Source: an uncultured delta proteobacterium
GTDB taxonomy: Bacteria; Desulfobacterota; Desulfobacteria; Desulfobacterales; QNYZ01
Direction: 5' to 3'
Assembly: GCA_963845145.1 (NCBI GenBank)
Contig: CAWJQU010000005.1
Location: forward strand, 128,001-192,000
DNA: 64,000 nt
The translations under genes and the position numbers were made by a program. The stretch's first letter is position 1. Each line of letters starts with the position of its first letter. Below are positions 59,626 to 64,000 of this stretch, one piece after another. The notes under the pieces are model-generated. The model had not been told where the DNA came from. It saw only the letters and a program-made list of their open reading frames with translations, and searched no databases.

Positions 59626-60075
59626 CTATTTCCGAAACCGCTGGACGTTAAAATGATCGCCTTTGGGGGTTATTAAATCCACCACCACCTCTATGCCCCC
59701 GAAGCCATCAACAATGTCATGGGCCCGAACCCGTACTTTTTGAATATCAGCCGAAATCTTTAAACCATTTTGACTACGGGTGAAGGGTTGTTCCGTTTCA
59801 TGGGGATGCCATAGCACGCGGGTAAATTTGTCTTTGGGATTCGTTTTGAGGACGGTGTTATCGGGTAAGACCACGTCCCAACCGTTGGCGTAGTCTTTCC
59901 ATCCGGTATCCGGATGGGAAACGGTTACATGAAAGGTCCAGACACCTTTTTCGGTTTCCACGGCCCGCACAAAGGTGACATCGGCATTACCTTTTGTGGC
60001 TGAGAAAATCATTGTGGCGGGAAGTAAGCTGAGAAACAGGATCGAAATTCCGACTTTAAAGTCTCGGATTTTCAT
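59626..60075 (-). CDS. Exported hypothetical protein, copy B
   Basis: Different signal peptide, same mature domain as 56262-56762. Confidence 0.82.
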   Translation of the reverse strand: MKIRDFKVGISILFLSLLPATMIFSATKGNADVTFVRAVETEKGVWTFHVTVSHPDTGWKDYANGWDVVLPDNTVLKTNPKDKFTRVLWHPHETEQPFTRSQNGLKISADIQKVRVRAHDIVDGFGGIEVVVDLITPKGDHFNVQRFRK

Positions 60076-60192
60076 TATAGATTAAGCCACTTCATTTGAT
60101 GGATGAGGCAATTTACTGTTTAAACGTGGCCAATGGCTCGGCGCTATCCTATCGATTTATGTTAAAAACGCCTGCTAAATGTCCATCTGATG

Positions 60193-60329
60193 TGATGGCA
60201 AAGTAACCCGCCTAAAGCGGACAAGTTCAAGGTGTCGCGAATCCTGTGTGATGAGGCGTACTCATCGTACGCCGCAATCACAACAGGATGAAGCGCAACG
60301 TCGAAATTGGGCTTTGTATGAAGCCATCA
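60193..60329. repeat. About 137-bp palindromic intergenic element (MITE/REP-like)
   Basis: TGATGGC/GCCATCA ends, ATCCTGT..GTGAT / ATCAC..ACAGGAT arms, central GGCGTAC-TCATC-GTACGCC. Confidence 0.75.
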
Positions 60330-60338
60330 AATGATAGT

Positions 60339-60839
60339 TCAGGCAGCCTTGGACTCTAACGCGTTCGCCTTTTTATCGGCCGTATACAGTCGTTGGGCGG
60401 CTTCACGTTTTTTGGAGATACTCACATCCGACGCTTCCACAAACTCAACCGCATGGACCTCGCAAAAACGAACACATTGGGGATCGCCATCGCACAGATC
60501 GCACTTGATCACTTTATTGTCGATATGGTTAAAACTCATGCCACCGAAGGGACACACCGAAACACAGGTGCGGCAACCGATGCACACTTCCGGGTCGACT
60601 TCCACGACGGCCGTTGCATCGTTACGGGTAATCGCCCCGACGGGGCAGCCATGTAGACAGGGGGCATCCTGACATTGCTGGCAGGCCATGGGGATGTAAA
60701 CCCCTTCCTGCTCCCACTTCATAACTCTGATACGGCTACGGATAGGGTTGGAGATACCATCATGCCGGACGGCGCAAACCAACTCGCAAAGCCGACAACC
60801 GGTACATTTTTCATGATTTATCTGCAGTGCTTTTGCCAT
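60339..60839 (-). CDS. 4Fe-4S dicluster-domain electron-transfer subunit of the AOR module
   Basis: CTGCRLCELVC, CQQCQDAPCLHGCP, CIGCRTCVSVCP, KCDLCDGDPQCVRFC. Confidence 0.93.
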   Translation of the reverse strand: MAKALQINHEKCTGCRLCELVCAVRHDGISNPIRSRIRVMKWEQEGVYIPMACQQCQDAPCLHGCPVGAITRNDATAVVEVDPEVCIGCRTCVSVCPFGGMSFNHIDNKVIKCDLCDGDPQCVRFCEVHAVEFVEASDVSISKKREAAQRLYTADKKANALESKAA

Positions 60840-60894
60840 TTATCATCTCTCCTTTTAAAATATCGGTCAATCGAATAACCTCTCGGTCCGTCGA

Positions 60895-62835
60895 TTACAG
60901 CATTCGGGACGGTTCTTCCTCCAGCCCCAGCCGTTTCAATGTTTTTTTGGTCGGTCGGCCGTTTTTATCCAACCCTTTGTATTTGTACAGCTCATCTACC
61001 ATGACATCAAACTTGTCTTTGTCTATGTAGCGGCCGATGACATCGGGGGCACCCCGCCGACAGGGTTCATCATGATACCGATGGTTTAACACATCGCCCT
61101 TCTCCGGATCGTTTCGCTTCAAGCCCTCGCGTAGATTAAACATCCGCTCCATCATGTTGCCTCGCTCGGCAATGGTCCAGAGCTCTTCAGGCGTAAATTC
61201 CAGGCCGGTATTGTAGAAAATCACTTTGGGCCAATCCTCGAAGTTGGGGAGCGTGGCACCGAGAAAAGTGGTGTGATATTTACAAATACCCAGGCAATCG
61301 ACGCCCATATAGACGTTTTCCTGCCAGAAAACCTGCCACGGTTTGCCTTCATAGGCGGTATGCTCGGAGCTAAGCGGCCCGTCATAAGGGATGGGCGAGC
61401 TATAAATTTTGCGCAATACTTTTTCCGGCAAGTGATACAAATCAATGGCCGGACGGCTGCGCAAATGGTCGGAGCCCCGTGATGCCGTGGCAATATTTAA
61501 CGCCAAAGCAGGTGTGGCCCGTTCATCGGAATGAAGGTTGCTCATACCCTTGACCTGGATGAGATAGTCGAAGGCATTTTTTCCGAATTTTTTGGAAGCA
61601 GGGATACCGCCATCGGCCAGCGCATCAGCGACAAATCCTTCGCGGTAGGCGATTCTCCGGATCATATCAAGGGCCACCTCATCATTACCAAAGTTTAAAT
61701 CCAGACCCTCGGCCTGCTTTTTGGTGATGATCCCTTCTTCATAAAGCTCCATGGCCCATGAGATCAAGCTACCGGTTTCGAGATTATCCATCCCGTATTG
61801 ATCCACCAGATGGTTTCCGACCAGGACTGTTTCGGCACTACGGCAACCGATCTCAGCCCCGAAGGCCCCCTGAGATGTATATTCCGGCCCTTCATCATAT
61901 TTGCCGGCAAAGGGTCCCGTGGGGATTCTGTACTGGGCCCGGCAATGCACCTGACAACCAAAACAGCCGGTCATGTGGTACGGACCAATCGTTTCGGTGG
62001 CAATTTCGTCGATGCGTTCAGGTTCGATGTCATCAGCATATTCCAGCTGGTTGTATTGAAAGTTATGTGTCCGCAATCCACCCCAGCTATTGGTAGCGCC
62101 CCAGATAAACGGTGTACCCAATGCGCCCTGGGTCTGGTTGACTTTGGCGCTGGTAATCTGGTCGATAAAGCGTTTGTTGTTTTCAAAGGCTTCGACCGGA
62201 TGGGCGATATTTATATCCATCGTCCCCCGGGCTGCCACGGCTTTGAGATTTTTGGATCCCATCACCGCACCCATACCGGTTCGACCGGCGGCGTTTTTAA
62301 CCCCGGTCATCACATTGGCGAAAGTGACCAGGTTCTCACCCGCCGGTCCGATGACGCATGACTTGACTTCTTCGTCGCCCAGCTCCTTGCGAATGGCCCA
62401 TTGGGTTTCCGTGGTGGTTTTGCCCCATACATTGGCGGCATCTTTGATTTCAATCTCCCCGTTGTGAAGAAACAGGTAGACCGGTTTTTCCGCCTTACCC
62501 GTGATGACCAGGTGATGAAATCCGGCCCAGGCCATTTCCGGCGCAAAAAACCCACCCATGTTGGCACTACCCAAAAGCCCGGTCAAAGGCGATTTACCCA
62601 TGACATGGGTACGGGCAGTGGCCGATGCACAGGTTGCGGTCAAAATTCCACCACTGATGATCAACGCATTATCCGGCCCTAAGGGGTCACATCCCTCTTT
62701 GGCATAATTGTATAATAGGTAGGCATCCAGTCCCCGGCCGCCCAGAAATTTTTTGCGAACGTCAAGGGGAATCGGTTTTATGTTTATCTCGCCGGTCGTC
62801 AGATTGATGAAGGCGACTTTTCGATTTAAGGCCAT
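60895..62835 (-). CDS. aor: Aldehyde:ferredoxin oxidoreductase family protein (W/Mo-bis-pterin)
   Basis: FLGGRG, KSPLTG, GPAGEN, AGRTGMGAVMGSKNLKA, GCFGCQVHC, GPEY, VKG, RGSDH; start MALNRK at 62835 (track start 63072 overlaps the upstream gene). Confidence 0.93.
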   Translation of the reverse strand: MALNRKVAFINLTTGEINIKPIPLDVRKKFLGGRGLDAYLLYNYAKEGCDPLGPDNALIISGGILTATCASATARTHVMGKSPLTGLLGSANMGGFFAPEMAWAGFHHLVITGKAEKPVYLFLHNGEIEIKDAANVWGKTTTETQWAIRKELGDEEVKSCVIGPAGENLVTFANVMTGVKNAAGRTGMGAVMGSKNLKAVAARGTMDINIAHPVEAFENNKRFIDQITSAKVNQTQGALGTPFIWGATNSWGGLRTHNFQYNQLEYADDIEPERIDEIATETIGPYHMTGCFGCQVHCRAQYRIPTGPFAGKYDEGPEYTSQGAFGAEIGCRSAETVLVGNHLVDQYGMDNLETGSLISWAMELYEEGIITKKQAEGLDLNFGNDEVALDMIRRIAYREGFVADALADGGIPASKKFGKNAFDYLIQVKGMSNLHSDERATPALALNIATASRGSDHLRSRPAIDLYHLPEKVLRKIYSSPIPYDGPLSSEHTAYEGKPWQVFWQENVYMGVDCLGICKYHTTFLGATLPNFEDWPKVIFYNTGLEFTPEELWTIAERGNMMERMFNLREGLKRNDPEKGDVLNHRYHDEPCRRGAPDVIGRYIDKDKFDVMVDELYKYKGLDKNGRPTKKTLKRLGLEEEPSRML

Positions 62836-62836
62836 C

Positions 62837-63130
62837 TTACTTTCCCCCCTTTTTTCCTGTTTTTTTGGCAGCCGCGGCTTGTTTTTCGGCAAAGGTTTTG
62901 GCAGCGAGGTCACGATTGACATCCCAAACCGGCCCTCTGATTCTGGGCAGGTTTTCATTGACCCAGAACAAGCGGTACTCCATGCCGCATATCGCACATT
63001 TGGCGTGTTCGGCTCCCGGTTCCGGAACGATTCGTTCCATGCAGGTGGGATTATGGCAACGGATCTTACCAAAGGTACGGGTCTTGCGTAAGCTTTCGGC
63101 GGTGGATTGTTTTCCCCCTGAAATGGTCAT
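62837..63130 (-). CDS. Small Cys4 zinc-ribbon-like protein
   Basis: CHNPTC...CAIC; stop 1 nt before the AOR start; GGAG upstream of ATG 63130. Confidence 0.72.
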   Translation of the reverse strand: MTISGGKQSTAESLRKTRTFGKIRCHNPTCMERIVPEPGAEHAKCAICGMEYRLFWVNENLPRIRGPVWDVNRDLAAKTFAEKQAAAAKKTGKKGGK

Positions 63131-63249
63131 AAGCAGGCTCTCCTTTTGTTTCGGGACCTTTTTCAAACGATCATTTGCACCCTAAACCACGCCTCTCAAA
63201 ATGAGTGCATACGCAAATGAAACGTTTCTAAAGGCCTTACTGCGTTAAA

Positions 63250-63416
63250 ATTCATTATGATGAACAAAAATAATCCGAGAGATATCACATAAAAAATATT
63301 TGTCAAGACCAAAAAGCCTTAAATATAAGAGGTGTCAAGGCATATCTAAATTATTGTTGACATCGTTAAGGTAATTTGGTTACAAGGTGGCAATTATTTT
63401 GTTCAACATGGTGAAC
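63250..63416. promoter_or_regulatory. Two related palindromic operators (candidate IclR sites) in the divergent promoter region
   Basis: ATTCA-TTATGA-TGAAC (63250-63265) and GTTCA-ACATGG-TGAAC (63401-63416); TTGACA hexamers on both strands between them. Confidence 0.6.
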
Positions 63417-63417
63417 G

Positions 63418-64000
63418 ATGACGGCAGCCTATCAAGCACCCACAGTTAAAAAAGCCTTCTCTATTTTGCGGGCCATTTCTAAATCGGATGGCGGCATGGG
63501 GATCAGCCGTCTGTCTCAAACGCTCAATATCAGCAAAAGTACGGTGCATGGGGTGGTGGGCGCCTTGGAAGCGGTGGGCGCGGTTAATCGCGATCTAAAC
63601 ACCAAAAGGTATTCCCTGGGGCTGACCCTTTTTGAGCTGGGAAAATCAGTATATGCCCAAATCGACCTAAAGGAAGTGGCCCGGCCGGTTCTGGAAGCCC
63701 TGATGGATCAGACCGGCGAATCGGTTTTTCTGGGGATTCGCAATGGGGGGCACGTCACCATCCTCGATCTGGTTCAACCGTCCCGGGATCTCAAAATCAC
63801 CGCATCGGTGGGAATGACCATTCCGCTTTTGGCCGGTGCGATCGGCAAGGTATTGCTGGCGGCCATGGGTATGGATAAGGCCGAAGCTTTTATTCATTCC
63901 AATGAGTTGCCAAAATTTACCGATCAATCCATTACCGACCCGGCTGTGTATCTCGAAGCGGTACATACCGCCGGGCAAGTCGGATATGGGCTGGATGACG
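63418..64000 (+). CDS. IclR-family transcription regulator (partial, runs off the window; not in the ORF track)
   Basis: MTAAYQAPTVKKAFSILRAIS...GISRLSQTLNISKSTVHG...Y.LG..LFELG...TGESVFLG...GAIGK. Confidence 0.9.
   Translation, partial: MTAAYQAPTVKKAFSILRAISKSDGGMGISRLSQTLNISKSTVHGVVGALEAVGAVNRDLNTKRYSLGLTLFELGKSVYAQIDLKEVARPVLEALMDQTGESVFLGIRNGGHVTILDLVQPSRDLKITASVGMTIPLLAGAIGKVLLAAMGMDKAEAFIHSNELPKFTDQSITDPAVYLEAVHTAGQVGYGLDD

Noticed and set aside
60895..62835. Class II benzoyl-CoA reductase BamB
   Set aside because: No BamC-I type partner set nearby and I cannot see BamB-specific features; left as generic AOR family pending phylogeny
749..63978. Many short antisense or nested ORFs in the six-frame track (e.g. 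5729-6319, 15198-15788, 16173-16823, 63667-63978)
   Set aside because: They overlap well-supported genes and have no recognisable motifs

Overview
64-kb chromosomal window from an anaerobe; gene content and style suggest a deltaproteobacterium, probably Desulfobacterales (inferred, not searched). 0.5-40 kb is mostly core or metabolic: sensor kinase plus sigma-54 regulator, TPR and SH3 proteins, recN, sat-cysC/cysQ/manC, split glutamate synthase with purF, a radical SAM protein, an RsmB/F methyltransferase, an aldehyde:ferredoxin oxidoreductase (AOR) with MoaD/ThiS, an SDR/ThDP-enzyme/BASS cluster, a CdaA-YbbR diadenylate cyclase, a hybrid kinase, pepT, a second sigma-54 regulator and a Liv-type ABC operon. 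41-53.4 kb is a one-carbon region: an RcoM-like PAS-LytTR regulator before FNOR-cooF-cooS, then the best novel-system candidate, a corrinoid methyl-transfer operon (corrinoid protein, MtaA/CmuA-type MT, CobW-like GTPase plus partner, MtrH/CmuB-type MT, RACo activator, NrtS-like membrane protein) divergent from an HTH-MEDS regulator whose leader looks like a degenerate cobalamin riboswitch. This may be an anaerobic methyl-halide or methyl-sulfide utilisation module. 57-59.5 kb holds an unannotated integron relic (decayed intI, attI-like site, two attC sites with matching core sites, an MBL-fold cassette) bracketed by a duplication. A second AOR module and a partial IclR gene end the window. Five genes carry single-base frameshifts that may be sequencing errors. 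No rRNA, tRNA or CRISPR array was seen.
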